From: an uncultured bacterium
GTDB taxonomy: Bacteria > Patescibacteriota > Minisyncoccia > Phycocordibacterales > PALSA-1337
Length of the DNA: 64,000 bases
NCBI GenBank assembly: GCA_963848635.1
Contig: CAWKEA010000005.1
Coordinates: forward strand, 352,585-416,584
Direction of reading: 5' to 3'
Positions within the stretch are counted from its first letter, which is position 1; the number at the start of each line of letters is the position of its first letter. The position numbers and the translations under genes are program-made. Below are positions 28,886-39,327 of the stretch, in pieces. The notes beneath the pieces are model-generated. The model had not been told where the DNA came from, did not search any database, and was given only the letters and a program-made list of their open reading frames with translations.

Positions 28886-30410
28886 TTAGGAACCAATATA
28901 CGTCACCACTTTGTCTCCAGGCTTCAAGCCAGAGAGGATCTGCACTGAGCCATCGGAGCCTTTGAGGCCTGTCGTGACGGGAACGCTTGAATACATCAGA
29001 CCATTCGTGGAGACGAGCCGTACATCGGTTGATGTTGAAGTGATCAAGAGCGCACGATACGGGATCTCGAGGACATTATCTGTCTCGTGGGTCAATATCT
29101 CGATATTCGAGGTCATGCCGCTCTTTATACGGCTGTCCGGAGAGATGAATTGGAGGGTGACCTTGTATGTCGGTACGCCCTCGAGAACGGTTTCGGCAGG
29201 ATCGATCATGACCACCTTCTCTGGGAAGTTAACGTATGCGCCGTATGCATCGAGCGTGCTCGACGCTAGGTCTCCGACAGCCACCTTGGCGATGTCAGCC
29301 TCGGCGACGTATGCCTCGACTTTGAATCCGCTATTCTGCACTGCAAAGCCGCTCTGCCCCGGCGCCACATATTCGCCGACATTAGGGTCTTCTTGCGTGA
29401 CGATGCCGTCGATAGGCGAAACGAGAGTATCTTCCGCGAGGACAGCTTGCACCTGCGCGACTTTTGCAGCCTGGGCGGCGATCGCATTTGGAGTCGATCC
29501 GGATTGCTGGAGCGTGAAGGTGTTTTCCGCCTGTGCATATCCAGATTCAGCGCTCTTTAATTCCGTATCAGCCGCAGAGATCGTACCGATCGCCTGGTTC
29601 AAAGGTAGAAAGAGATGTATTCATGGTCGCCACGGCAGAATCGATAGCGGATTGCGGTAGACCAGAGTTGCCAGGGCTCAGATTGTTCACAATGACAGAA
29701 AGATCGGTCAAGTAGCTCTTGATAGTCGATAGATATCCTTTCGCATTAGAGATGAGCTGGCTCGTATTGGTCGCATCTGCGTTGCTTGAATCGATCTGCC
29801 AGTCATCGAGCACGGTTGCGATCTGCAAACGTTCGTTATTTATGGAAAGCGAGATAGTGTTCGATTGTGTGCGCACATTTATCGTCGGATTTGCAGTCTG
29901 TGGATTGGTAAAGAAGGTATCGCCATAGTTCACGACAGCACTTTGTGCCTGCACATAGCCGGTATGTATGGCATTTACCGCATCAGATAGGGCGTTTGCA
30001 AGGCTTGTGGAAGCTGAACCGACGGCAGATTGATCTGCGGCGTATTGTGCCGACGTAAGGCCGCTCGACATATCGGCGAGAGTCGCTTGTGCCGATGCGA
30101 CCGCCGCTTGGTCGTCGGCGCTGTCGAGAGATGCGATGGGATCGCCTGCCTTGACTGTATCGCCGACATTGACGTAGATCTTTGAGATGACGCCCCCTTT
30201 TTCAAAGGCGAGCGCGGCAGACGAGACCGGCGAGACAGTGCCAGTGACGCTGACCTGCTCAACCACGTTGCCGATCTGTGCAGTCGCATACTGGAAATTC
30301 GGCTTCTTCGGCTTTTCTTTTTCATAGACGATACCAGCGATGATGAGAACGATGACGATGCTCATGATGACCCATTTGTTTTTCAAGTGACGGAAGTGCG
30401 ATTTTTTCAT
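28886..30410 (-). CDS. efflux RND/MacA-type periplasmic adaptor (indel near 29600)
   Basis: N-terminal TM, lipoyl-like VGDTVKAGD, SPIDG, EADIAKVAVG, GMT, GLKPGDKV. Confidence 0.88.
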
Positions 30411-30517
30411 ATGCAAAATTATAACATACAAGCCGTTAGCCGACTATTTTTATTTCACTTTTTTAGGCAAAGAAAAAGCCGGGCTGGATCGCGCCAGCGC
30501 GGCTGTGACTGATAATT

Positions 30518-31804
30518 TTAGAACTTGAGGACGTGCTCCGGACCGGAGAGCTCGGTATAGCGATGCGCGAGATCCTCCTGCGTCTCGCCATGACCGATAC
30601 GAATGACACTGCCGTCTTCGCAAAGCATCAACTCTTGCGGCCGTAGGCGGCCATTATAGTTGAAACCCATAGCTATCCCGTGCGCGCCAGTATCATGCGT
30701 GACGACGAAGTCTCCTCTGTAAGCAGTCGGCAGTGGCATGTTGCGCGCCAATACGTCGCATCCTTCGCAGATAGGCCCAGCGACAGTTTGCGGCTTGATG
30801 TCAGCGGTCCGTTCGACGCCCGAGGGATCGAGTATCGTGCAATGGTGGTATGCGCTCGGATAGATTCCTACTCGCATGAGACCTGGCATCGCAGTCGGCA
30901 CACCGATGAAATCGCCATATTTGCGATAGATATTGATAACGGGATTCACGAATACGCCGTGAGGACCCGTTATGTACCTGCCGCTTTCGGCGAATAGCTT
31001 TGGCGTGTAGCCATACGTGCGGGCGAACTGATCCAATATCGACCTGCATCCGATCGCATAGCTATCAAGATCGAACTCAGATTCATTCAAACGATATGGG
31101 ATGCCGAAACCGCCGCCGACGTCGATGAATTCGAGGGAAATCTTGAGACGATTACTGATTCCACCTCCAACCTCAGCCAAGAGGTTTAAGCTCTTCAACA
31201 GATTCAAGTAGTCCAGATCGTTAGAAAAGAACATACCGTGGATACCGAACCTCTTTACGCCGCGATCCTTTGCCCGGCTGACGAGTGCCATCATCTGCTC
31301 GAGAGGCACGCCATATTTCGAGCTCGTGTCGATCTTGCCGCCGCCCTGGGACGGATTCCTGTCGCCTGAGTTAAGCCGGAAACAAAGAAGCTCGGGAAGC
31401 GGACCAGAAAGTTCGCCCAGAAAGATCTCGTCATCGAGATTGATGATCGATCCACCCTCGGAAAGCGCTTCTTGGAATTCCTCAGACGACGTGTCGTTCG
31501 ATGTAAAGATGATGTATTCAGGCCGAGCGCCCGCGTCACGCGCTAAGTCCAATTCACGGATCGAGCTACAGTCAAAACCACAGCCTTCGCTCTTGATTAT
31601 GTCCATGATGGCCGGATTCGGAAGGGCCTTGACCGCAAAGAACTCCTGAAAAAGGATTTCCCTTTGCGAAAATGCATGCTTAAACCGTCGTATGGTCTCC
31701 CGTATCCCTCTTTCATCATATATATGGAAGGTCGGCCCGAATCTTTCGGCTATTGCCGGCAGTTTCGGAAAAAGACGCTGTTTGAAGCTTTCTGACATCG
31801 GCAT
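30518..31804 (-). CDS. lysA: diaminopimelate decarboxylase
   Basis: FAVKALPN (PLP Lys), GFDCSS, SKYG, DVGGGFG, ESGRY, GPICE, GAHG.AMGFNYN. Confidence 0.88.
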   Translation of the reverse strand: MPMSESFKQRLFPKLPAIAERFGPTFHIYDERGIRETIRRFKHAFSQREILFQEFFAVKALPNPAIMDIIKSEGCGFDCSSIRELDLARDAGARPEYIIFTSNDTSSEEFQEALSEGGSIINLDDEIFLGELSGPLPELLCFRLNSGDRNPSQGGGKIDTSSKYGVPLEQMMALVSRAKDRGVKRFGIHGMFFSNDLDYLNLLKSLNLLAEVGGGISNRLKISLEFIDVGGGFGIPYRLNESEFDLDSYAIGCRSILDQFARTYGYTPKLFAESGRYITGPHGVFVNPVINIYRKYGDFIGVPTAMPGLMRVGIYPSAYHHCTILDPSGVERTADIKPQTVAGPICEGCDVLARNMPLPTAYRGDFVVTHDTGAHGIAMGFNYNGRLRPQELMLCEDGSVIRIGHGETQEDLAHRYTELSGPEHVLKF

Positions 31805-31892
31805 ACTATCTCCTTCGTTGTTTGTTGTTGTGCAGTATTGGTTGTAAAAGACCGACTCAAAGACTGCTTTTTTGCTTTGTGTCTGAATCGAA

Positions 31893-31921
31893 CATTACTC
31901 GTAAGTATCAATGATGTCAAG
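31893..31921 (-). promoter_or_regulatory. predicted lysA promoter
   Basis: TTGACA-17 bp-TAATGT; AAGGAG RBS before the start. Confidence 0.55.
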
Positions 31922-32014
31922 GTGAACGAGTTGACAGAACTACTTTTACGCGCTAAAAAGGACTTAGAATTATCGCACAATCGCCGTTCCGAAAGGAATG
32001 GCTTTTTATTTCAA

Positions 32015-32047
32015 GAAAAAACCGCCGAGCTTGTGAAAGCCCGGCGA
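32015..32047 (-). terminator. intrinsic terminator after the aminotransferase
   Basis: CGCCGGGCTT-tcac-AAGCTCGGCG followed by a T-run. Confidence 0.75.
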
Positions 32048-32063
32048 TATGAGATTACGTAAT

Positions 32064-33359
32064 TCAGAATTCCAATTTGGTTTCCTTGAGCCTGCGAACG
32101 ACTTCGGCGATGACCGACCCATGGTCCGGCAGACCATATTCCGGCTGAGGAAATATCGTCACAGCCCAACGCAACCACGCATTGCCCGAGATCGTCACTG
32201 GCATGAGCGAGATACGCTTGTGCTGTCGGAGCCAAATAGTGCACTCGGTCGCATTCGAAAAGACGACGCCATCGGCCGATACGGGTGCTTTGGTCAGAAG
32301 GCACAGCCCTGCCTCAGGCATAGAGGCTCCAAATCCAGTTTCCGCAAGCCCCGCGATCAAGCCGCCGTGCAACTCATAATAATGGTTGCGCATGCTCACC
32401 GCAAACTCGGGATTCTTGAGGCACCAGAGCATTGAAGCGATGCTCGGTCCAAAGCCGCCGGAATCCTTTACATCAGTGATCTTGCGGATGGCCTTGATGA
32501 GGGTCGGGTGAGCGATCATCCATCCCATGCGCAATCCCGTGGCATTCCAACCCTTGCTCACGCTCTGCAAAACGATGCAACAGTGCTCCCAACCGGCAAT
32601 ATCGAGAACGCTCACGCTATCGTTATAGCGCAGATGGGTATATGCCTCGTCGACGACGACGATGACGTCGTTTTTCGTCGCCCACGCGATGAGGTTATCC
32701 CAGTCCGATAACGAGAACGTCGTACCAGTCGGGTTATGCGGGATGTTGAGATACAGCACTGTTCTCCTTAACCCGGCCGACGCCGATGCTTCAACGAGGT
32801 AGGTCATCCTACCGTAGTCGATATAGTAACGTCCACCAGACAAGACGAGAGGTATGTCCTCTATCTTCGCTTGCAAGCTATTTATATCGCTCTTCACGAC
32901 GGCGTAGCTCGGATTCGGGAAGAGCAGGAGCGTTTCGCCATCGAGCAGTAATGATGGTATGTATTCAGCCAGCGCCCGTTTGATCGAACCGGGAGAATAT
33001 TGGACCCAGTCTGGGGTGAATACCACATCTGAATAAGGGTGCATCATGTTCAAGAAATCAGCGATGGCTTCATGCGTGCCAGGGATGCCGTTATTGTCGG
33101 TATAGCGCGTCGCCTGAGGGTTCGAGCTATAATATTCCATCGCCGCTTCCATCGCCTCGAGAGGCATCTTTACCGTAGGATCGGCGACTGACAGGCAACA
33201 AAGCGCAGAAGAGGGATTACTAGGGATGCTTTGCATGGCCAACTCCCGCTCTGCGCTAAGAACCGCACTGAATGAATATCCCGTGCCTGGCTTGTCGAAT
33301 TCGGCGCCACCATAACGAGAAAGCATGTGCCGCCGCCAGAATGTATCAAGATCTGACAT
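32064..33359 (-). CDS. class I/II PLP aminotransferase, divergent LL-DAP aminotransferase (DapL)-like
   Basis: YLNIPHNPTG, DEAY, SVSKGWNATGLRMGW, YTDNNG, DSG; adjacent to lysA. Confidence 0.75.
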   Translation of the reverse strand: MSDLDTFWRRHMLSRYGGAEFDKPGTGYSFSAVLSAERELAMQSIPSNPSSALCCLSVADPTVKMPLEAMEAAMEYYSSNPQATRYTDNNGIPGTHEAIADFLNMMHPYSDVVFTPDWVQYSPGSIKRALAEYIPSLLLDGETLLLFPNPSYAVVKSDINSLQAKIEDIPLVLSGGRYYIDYGRMTYLVEASASAGLRRTVLYLNIPHNPTGTTFSLSDWDNLIAWATKNDVIVVVDEAYTHLRYNDSVSVLDIAGWEHCCIVLQSVSKGWNATGLRMGWMIAHPTLIKAIRKITDVKDSGGFGPSIASMLWCLKNPEFAVSMRNHYYELHGGLIAGLAETGFGASMPEAGLCLLTKAPVSADGVVFSNATECTIWLRQHKRISLMPVTISGNAWLRWAVTIFPQPEYGLPDHGSVIAEVVRRLKETKLEF

Positions 33360-33479
33360 AATATGTTTAAGTTTTAAGTCAATGAACTGCATGGGTTCTG
33401 AGACCGATATGCGCCGGAAGAACCCGTTCCGAAGCACTTTCTGAACATCACCCTACAAAATATCCGATATAATGTCAAG

Positions 33480-33502
33480 AAAAACACGGGTCTTTGCCCG
33501 TG
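33480..33502 (-). terminator. intrinsic terminator after rplB
   Basis: CACGGG-caaaga-CCCGTG then TTTTT, immediately followed by TTGACA-17-TAGGGT. Confidence 0.7.
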
Positions 33503-33551
33503 CCGTTCTTTTGTAAAAAATTTTGAATCGTTCAAACCGGCCTCCCTCTTC

Positions 33552-34401
33552 CTACTCTGCCTTCTTCTTGCCGACTTGTCTGCGCGAGACGATGAAGATG
33601 TTCGAGTATTTCTTTGGGGTGCGGGTCTTTTGACCCTTGCCGGCAGGCTTGCCCCAACGGGTCTTCAGACGGCGTAGACCGCGTCCGGTGCGTTGCTCGC
33701 CTCCGCCATACGGATGGTCCACAGGATTTTGAGCCGAGCCGCGGACTGTCGGACGGATGCCCATCCAGCGCGACCGTCCCGCTTTGCCGATAGTGACCAA
33801 ACGATTTTCGTCATTCGACACAGCGCCGATAGAAGCCCATGCAGTATCGATGATCTTGCGGATCTCGGTCGAGGGCATTTTTATGTGCGTATAGCCGGCG
33901 TCATTGGCGATGACTTGGGCAAAAGAACCAGCAGAACGGACGAGACGTGCACCCCCTTTTGGCTTTATTTCTATGTTGTATATAAAAGAGCCGACGGGAA
34001 TATTGCGGAGAGGCAGGCGATTTCCCGAAGAGATCTCCGCTTTTTCCGAGACGAGGAGCTGTGAGCCGACTTTGACGTCTTTTGGAAGGAGCACGTAGCG
34101 CCTTTCACCGTCAGTGAACTGAACAAGACCGATAAAGCCTGTGCGGAAGGGGTCATATTCGACAGTCTTCACGATAGCAGGCATGTCTTTTTTATCATAT
34201 TTGAAATCGACGAGGCGATAGAGCTTCTTATGACCGCCGCCCTGGTGGCGCACCGTGATACGGCCTTGGTTGTTTCGAGCGGCATCGCGCTTGAATCCGA
34301 CGGTCAACGGCTTGTAAGGCTTCCGAAACCGTCACATGATCCTTGAACGAGATCGTGGTCATATGCCGGCGCGATTTTGTGAATGGTGGGTAGTGTTTCA
34401 T
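33552..34401 (-). CDS. rplB: 50S ribosomal protein L2 (one extra base near 34324)
   Basis: RNNQGRITVRHQGGGHK, EYDPFR, RPTVRG, NPVDHPYGGGE; N-terminus MKHYPPFTKSRR in another frame. Confidence 0.95.
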
Positions 34402-34411
34402 GTTAATTAAT

Positions 34412-34837
34412 TTAAACGAATTCGATCTTCTCTCCCTTCTTGAGATATACCATCGCCTTTTTCACGGCATTCGATGTACCGCGCTTGCCTCTGACAAAAA
34501 CACGTTTGGCTGGAAGGTTCACTATCCTGACTTTGACCGGCGTAACTTTGTACAAAGCTTTGATAGCGTGTGCGATCATCGGCTTATTGGCATTCTCGCG
34601 CACCTCAAAAGTATAGACGCCCGAGCTCTCGCTCATGATGCCTGATTTTTCGGTGATGCGCGGACGGAGGATGATATCGTGGTGTTGGCCGCGATGAATA
34701 GCCAGCGCATCTGAGACCTTTTCGGCGCCAGGAATAGTGGCGACCTTGGCTTTCTTGGCCACGACTTTCTTTTCCTTCTTGACTGAAGTGTCCTTGATGG
34801 CGACCTCCTTATTCTTTTTTGATCCAAATAGCGCCAT
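34412..34837 (-). CDS. rplW: 50S ribosomal protein L23 with Lys-rich N-terminal extension
   Basis: PRITEKS, YTFEV, ANK, KKAMVYL. Confidence 0.95.
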   Translation of the reverse strand: MALFGSKKNKEVAIKDTSVKKEKKVVAKKAKVATIPGAEKVSDALAIHRGQHHDIILRPRITEKSGIMSESSGVYTFEVRENANKPMIAHAIKALYKVTPVKVRIVNLPAKRVFVRGKRGTSNAVKKAMVYLKKGEKIEFV

Positions 34838-34843
34838 GGTGGT

Positions 34844-35632
34844 TTATTTTTTAGTTACGGGCTTCTTTGCAGTCATGTGCGCATGAGCCATCGTTGAAGA
34901 TTTTACAGGAGCGGGCTTTTTTGCGATGGCAGGCTTTTCAGTATCGGCTTTCGCTTCTTTCTTCGCCTCTGCTTTTGCTTCGGCTTTGACTCCAGCAAAG
35001 ATCTTCCCTGCCCCAGCGATCACGATATATTTGCAATTCAAGGCCATCAGAGGATTCATGTTGCGGTATTCCTCGATCGATATGTTTCCGAAATTATTGA
35101 AGCCTTTGACCGCGTTATCGCCCTTTTCGTTCATAGCGATGACGGCGGCGTTCTTTGGTTTGGTAGCGAGCTTCTCGAAGCCTTTTATCGTAGCGAGGTC
35201 GAGGACGACTTCTTTGGCTTCCTTTGTCTTTGGGTTCTCCAGAGCCAAGCTGTCGAGGAAAAGGATCTCATTATCGCGGAACTTCTTTGAGAGGATGACA
35301 TTGAGCGCCTTTGACTTTGCCTGCTTGTTGACCTTGCGGTCGTAGTTCTTGTCGTTGCGCGGGCCATGAGTGACGCCGCCGCCTACCCATATAGGAGATC
35401 TGATGGAACCGTGACGGGCCTTGCCGAGGCCCTTCTGTTGCCACGGCTTCCTTCCACCGCCTCTCACCTCGCCTCGCGTCTTTGTGTGCGCTATTGGGTC
35501 GCGTGCTGACGAGCGGAGAGAATTGACGACTTGGTAAACGAGGTCGGCGTTCCACGGCAAACCGAAGATGGCTTCCGGCAGAGCGATCGTCCCAGCTTCC
35601 TTACCCTTTTGATTGTAGATTTTTGTTTCCAT
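34844..35632 (-). CDS. rplD: 50S ribosomal protein L4
   Basis: TKTRGEVRGGGRKPWQQKGLGKARHGS. Confidence 0.97.
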   Translation of the reverse strand: METKIYNQKGKEAGTIALPEAIFGLPWNADLVYQVVNSLRSSARDPIAHTKTRGEVRGGGRKPWQQKGLGKARHGSIRSPIWVGGGVTHGPRNDKNYDRKVNKQAKSKALNVILSKKFRDNEILFLDSLALENPKTKEAKEVVLDLATIKGFEKLATKPKNAAVIAMNEKGDNAVKGFNNFGNISIEEYRNMNPLMALNCKYIVIAGAGKIFAGVKAEAKAEAKKEAKADTEKPAIAKKPAPVKSSTMAHAHMTAKKPVTKK

Positions 35633-35650
35633 GATGATGCTATGCGTTGC

Positions 35651-36262
35651 TTATTTGGCCATGATCTCGAGCAGAGTGCCACGATGACCTGGAACAGCTC
35701 CCGAAAGATACAGTATGTTGGCTGCTTCGTCAATGTGAACGACCTTCAAATTCTTGACTGTGACGCGATCGCCGCCCATGCGGCCGGCCATGCGCATCTT
35801 CTTAGGCACTTTGTTGCGCAGACCTCCGCCGATGCTCCCTGGCTCGCGCTCGCTGTGCTTTTGGCCGTGGGTGCGAGGGCCCCCATGGAAGCCGTGCCTC
35901 TTGACCACGCCTTGGAATCCCTTGCCCTTTGAGATGCCGGATACCGAGACCTCATCGCCTTCCTTGAATTGAGCGAGCTCGATCTTGTCCCCGACCTTGA
36001 AAGGAGTGACATCGCCGACTCGGAACTCCTTTACCGCCTTGAACGATCCAAGATCCTTCCATTCGTCCTTTTGAGGCTTGTTGATGTTCTTTGTTTTGCG
36101 CGTGCCAGCGCCGATCTGGATGGCGGTATAGCCGTCAGAGTCCTTTGATTTGACACGGGTTATGACGTTCGGCGATACGAGGACTGCCGTGGCAGGATGA
36201 ACGATCCCGTCTTTATCGAAGAGTTGTGTCATATTCAGTTTTGTGGCAAGAATGAATTTCAT
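35651..36262 (-). CDS. rplC: 50S ribosomal protein L3
   Basis: DGYTAIQ, SKGKGFQGVVKRH, MAGRMG. Confidence 0.97.
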   Translation of the reverse strand: MKFILATKLNMTQLFDKDGIVHPATAVLVSPNVITRVKSKDSDGYTAIQIGAGTRKTKNINKPQKDEWKDLGSFKAVKEFRVGDVTPFKVGDKIELAQFKEGDEVSVSGISKGKGFQGVVKRHGFHGGPRTHGQKHSEREPGSIGGGLRNKVPKKMRMAGRMGGDRVTVKNLKVVHIDEAANILYLSGAVPGHRGTLLEIMAK

Positions 36263-36273
36263 GTTGGGGGGGG

Positions 36274-36365
36274 TAGAAGTAGAAAATAGAAGTAGAAATC
36301 AGAACGGATGCAAGCATGCTCGCATTATTCTGTTTTCTATTTCTATTTTCTCTGATCTGTATTTC
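36274..36365. repeat. palindromic repeat element (TAGAAG/TAGAAAA type) between rpsJ and rplC
   Basis: tagaag-tagaaaa-tagaag-tagaaa ... ttttcta-tttcta-ttttct with inner tgcaagcatgctcgca. Confidence 0.8.
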
Positions 36366-36767
36366 TTACATCATCTTCACATCAATGTTCACGCCGGACG
36401 GGAGGCTCAGATTCGTTAACGCATCGATCACCTTTGGATTCGGGTTGATGATGTCGACAAGCCTTTTGTGGACACGCATCTCGAATTGTTCTCGAGCGTT
36501 TTTATGGACGAACGAGGAGCGGTTGACGGTGTACTTCTTTATCTCCGTCGGCAATGGGACTGGACCAAAGAATTCTGCGTCATACCTGGCCGCCGTGTCC
36601 ATTATCTGCTTCAGGCTGGCATCGAGGATCTTGTGCTCATAAGCGCGGATCCGGATCCGAAGCTTTGGCAATTCTGCCGCTTCGGCCGCTGCTTTCTTTG
36701 CGCGCGGCGCTTTGGTGACCGCCGACTTGGCAGGAGCCTCATTTTTAATTGTGTGTGTGGTTGGCAT
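36366..36767 (-). CDS. rpsJ: 30S ribosomal protein S10
   Basis: LRIRIRAY, GPVPLPT, REQFEMRVHKR. Confidence 0.96.
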   Translation of the reverse strand: MPTTHTIKNEAPAKSAVTKAPRAKKAAAEAAELPKLRIRIRAYEHKILDASLKQIMDTAARYDAEFFGPVPLPTEIKKYTVNRSSFVHKNAREQFEMRVHKRLVDIINPNPKVIDALTNLSLPSGVNIDVKMM

Positions 36768-36777
36768 GGATTGCGGT

Positions 36778-37965
36778 TTACGCGACGACTTTCGTTACGA
36801 CTCCAGCGCCGACTGTCTTGCCTCCTTCACGGACTGCAAAGCGTTGCTTGTCCTCGAGGGCGACTGGTGCGACGAGTTTGACCTTGAAGGTGACTGTGTC
36901 GCCTGGCATGACCATCTCTACCTTTTCAGGCAATGTGACCTCGCCAGTGACGTCTGTCGTGCGGATATAGAACTGAGGCTTGTAACCGGTGAAGAATGGG
37001 GTGTGACGGCCTCCCTCTTCCTTTTTCAAAACGTAGATCTCTGCTTCGAATTCTGTGTGAGGCTTGACTGCGCCGGTCTTTGAGAGGACCATGCCGCGTG
37101 TGACGTCATCCTTGCCTGTTCCACGGAGCAGAAGCCCAGCATTGTCGCCAGCGAGGCCTTCCTTGAGCGATTTATTGAACATTTCGATGCCGGTGATGGT
37201 CGTCTTTGCGGTATCGCGGAAGCCGATGATCTCGACTTCCTCGCCTACTGAGATTTTTCCTCGTTCGATGCGTCCTGTGACGACGGTTCCGCGGCCTTCG
37301 ATCGAGAAGATGTCTTCGATCGGCATGAGGAACGGCTTGTCGACTTCACGGACAGGCTCTGGGATATAGGTATCGAGTGCGTTCATGAGATCGTCGATCT
37401 TTGAAACCCATTCCGCGTTGCCTTCGATAGCGCCGGTAGCTGAGCCGCGGATGACTGGGACACCCTTGCCGTCAAAGCCATTCTTTGTCAAAAGCTCGCG
37501 GACTTCCTCCTCGACGAGATCGAGAAGGTCTTTTTCTGGGACGAGGTCGCACTTGTTGAGGAAAACGAGGATCTTTGGAACACCGACTTGGCGAGCGAGG
37601 AGAACGTGCTCGCGAGTCTGTGGCATGACGCCGTCCATGGCTGAGACGACGAGAATGGCCCCGTCCATTTGGGCGGCGCCGGTGATCATGTTCTTGACAA
37701 AGTCAGCGTGGCCTGGGCAGTCGATGTGAGCATAGTGGCGCAGAGGTGTCTCATATTCGACGTGAGAGAGGGCGATAGTGACGGTCTTTGTCGCGTCACG
37801 AACTGTTCCGCCCTTTGTGATATCAGAATAAGCTTTGACTTCTGCAAGGCCTTTCTTTGATTGTACGACCAAAATAGACGCGGTGAGCGTAGATTTGCCG
37901 TGGTCGATGTGTCCGATAGTACCGACATTGACATGCGGCTTTGTGCGATTGAATTCTTTTGCCAT
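36778..37965 (-). CDS. tuf: elongation factor Tu with atypical switch I
   Basis: [36 protein letters not shown]. Confidence 0.98.
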   Translation of the reverse strand: MAKEFNRTKPHVNVGTIGHIDHGKSTLTASILVVQSKKGLAEVKAYSDITKGGTVRDATKTVTIALSHVEYETPLRHYAHIDCPGHADFVKNMITGAAQMDGAILVVSAMDGVMPQTREHVLLARQVGVPKILVFLNKCDLVPEKDLLDLVEEEVRELLTKNGFDGKGVPVIRGSATGAIEGNAEWVSKIDDLMNALDTYIPEPVREVDKPFLMPIEDIFSIEGRGTVVTGRIERGKISVGEEVEIIGFRDTAKTTITGIEMFNKSLKEGLAGDNAGLLLRGTGKDDVTRGMVLSKTGAVKPHTEFEAEIYVLKKEEGGRHTPFFTGYKPQFYIRTTDVTGEVTLPEKVEMVMPGDTVTFKVKLVAPVALEDKQRFAVREGGKTVGAGVVTKVVA

Positions 37966-38115
37966 GATATTTTTGTTAGTGCTTTTTTATCATATTTCAG
38001 GCCAGACGGCCAAAAAATAGAACAAAAAAGATAATCGTGTAAAAAATTACTTGTTAAAGGTAGGCCTCTTTTGAGCAAAGGCATACTTAGCCAACGCAAA
38101 ATGCGTACTGGGCAT

Positions 38116-38144
38116 ACTAGCAAATGGGCGTTCAGGTGTCAAAT
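38116..38144 (-). promoter_or_regulatory. predicted tuf-rpsJ-rplB promoter
   Basis: TTGACA-17 bp-TAGTAT. Confidence 0.6.
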
Positions 38145-38248
38145 TTTACAGCCATTTAATATTTTAGTAATAAAATAGCTACATCAAGTCCAAATTATGT
38201 TGATTGACAAGTTAATACATTTAAACCATCATTTGTATATCTAATAAT

Positions 38249-39327
38249 ATGTCGTTCAAGATATCATACCAAATAAAAGATAAAGACATCAGAAATCTAG
38301 AACTTATATCTAAAACTGATGGGTATTTACAAGTATTAAGAATGAACCCCGTATGGTCAACTTTGCTCGAAAAAGAAGCTAGGATAACGGAAGCGGTAAG
38401 TTCCATCGGAATAGAAGGAACGATAATTTCCATTGAGCAAGCAAACGCAATCACTGTTGGTGAAGAAAACGTACATGTTGGGGAAAAGGAAAAGAGAGAA
38501 TTTCTCGGCTATTATGAGTCATTAAACTATATTAGAGGTGAAATCGATAGCCCACTAACACTGCAATTACTCCTTAAAATCCATGGAAAGATTACAGCTG
38601 GTGATCCAAAAGCTTCTCCTGGCAAAATAAGAACTGATTTGAGGGCTGTCGCAAAAGATGGAAAAGTCATATACAAAGCACCTCCACCAGAACACCTCAG
38701 TTTTCTTTTAAGAAGCTTCATTGAATGGTTCAATAATACCGCTTCAGACAAGGCTATTTCACCAGTTATAGCGGCTGCAATATGTCATTTTTGGTTTGTA
38801 TGGATACATCCATTCTGTGATGGTAACGGGAAGAGTTGGAAGATTACTTACAACGTTTCTACTATTGAAAAAGAAGTCTGAGGGAGTTAAATATTTTGCT
38901 CTCTCAAATGATTACAATAAGGAAAAAGATGGATATTATGACTCTTTAAAAAAGACTAACGTATGCGATCCAGAGGTTCCATCAATGAATTTTGACAACG
39001 ACTTATCACTCTGGATAACTTATTTTATATATTCATACTTAGTTCAGATGGAAGATATAAAAGAGGTTACAAATCGGATATTACAATTGAATATAAAAAT
39101 TGAACATCTCAGAGAGGATGGCTTAATTACTTCAACTCACAACAAAGCACTCGCATTTTTATCATCAAGAAAAAAGACATCTTACCAAGAATTTGAAGGG
39201 GCACTTAAAATTTTCTGCTCCGAGAGTAAATCAAATATTAAAACCCCTCCGCTCAGCACGTATACTTGTCGAGGAACAGATAGGTAAAACCGTATGGTTT
39301 AAGTTAGGATCCCCAGAAGACGAATAA
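38249..39327 (+). CDS. Fic family AMPylase with C-terminal wHTH (two indels)
   Basis: SIGIEG inhibitory motif; HPFCDGNG/RVGR across an indel at about 38830; restored end ...GKTVWFKLGSPEDE*. Confidence 0.85.

Noticed and set aside
31805-33480. Lysine riboswitch ahead of lysA or the aminotransferase
   Set aside because: Both leaders (about 80-90 nt from the predicted promoter) are too short and lack the recognisable L-box core
34300-34401. Frameshifts in rplB, polA, murE, ABC permease, efflux adaptor, fic and others as programmed frameshifting or mass pseudogenisation
   Set aside because: They hit essential genes, are single-base and often lie in short homopolymers, with no shared slippery motif; uncorrected sequencing indels are the simpler explanation
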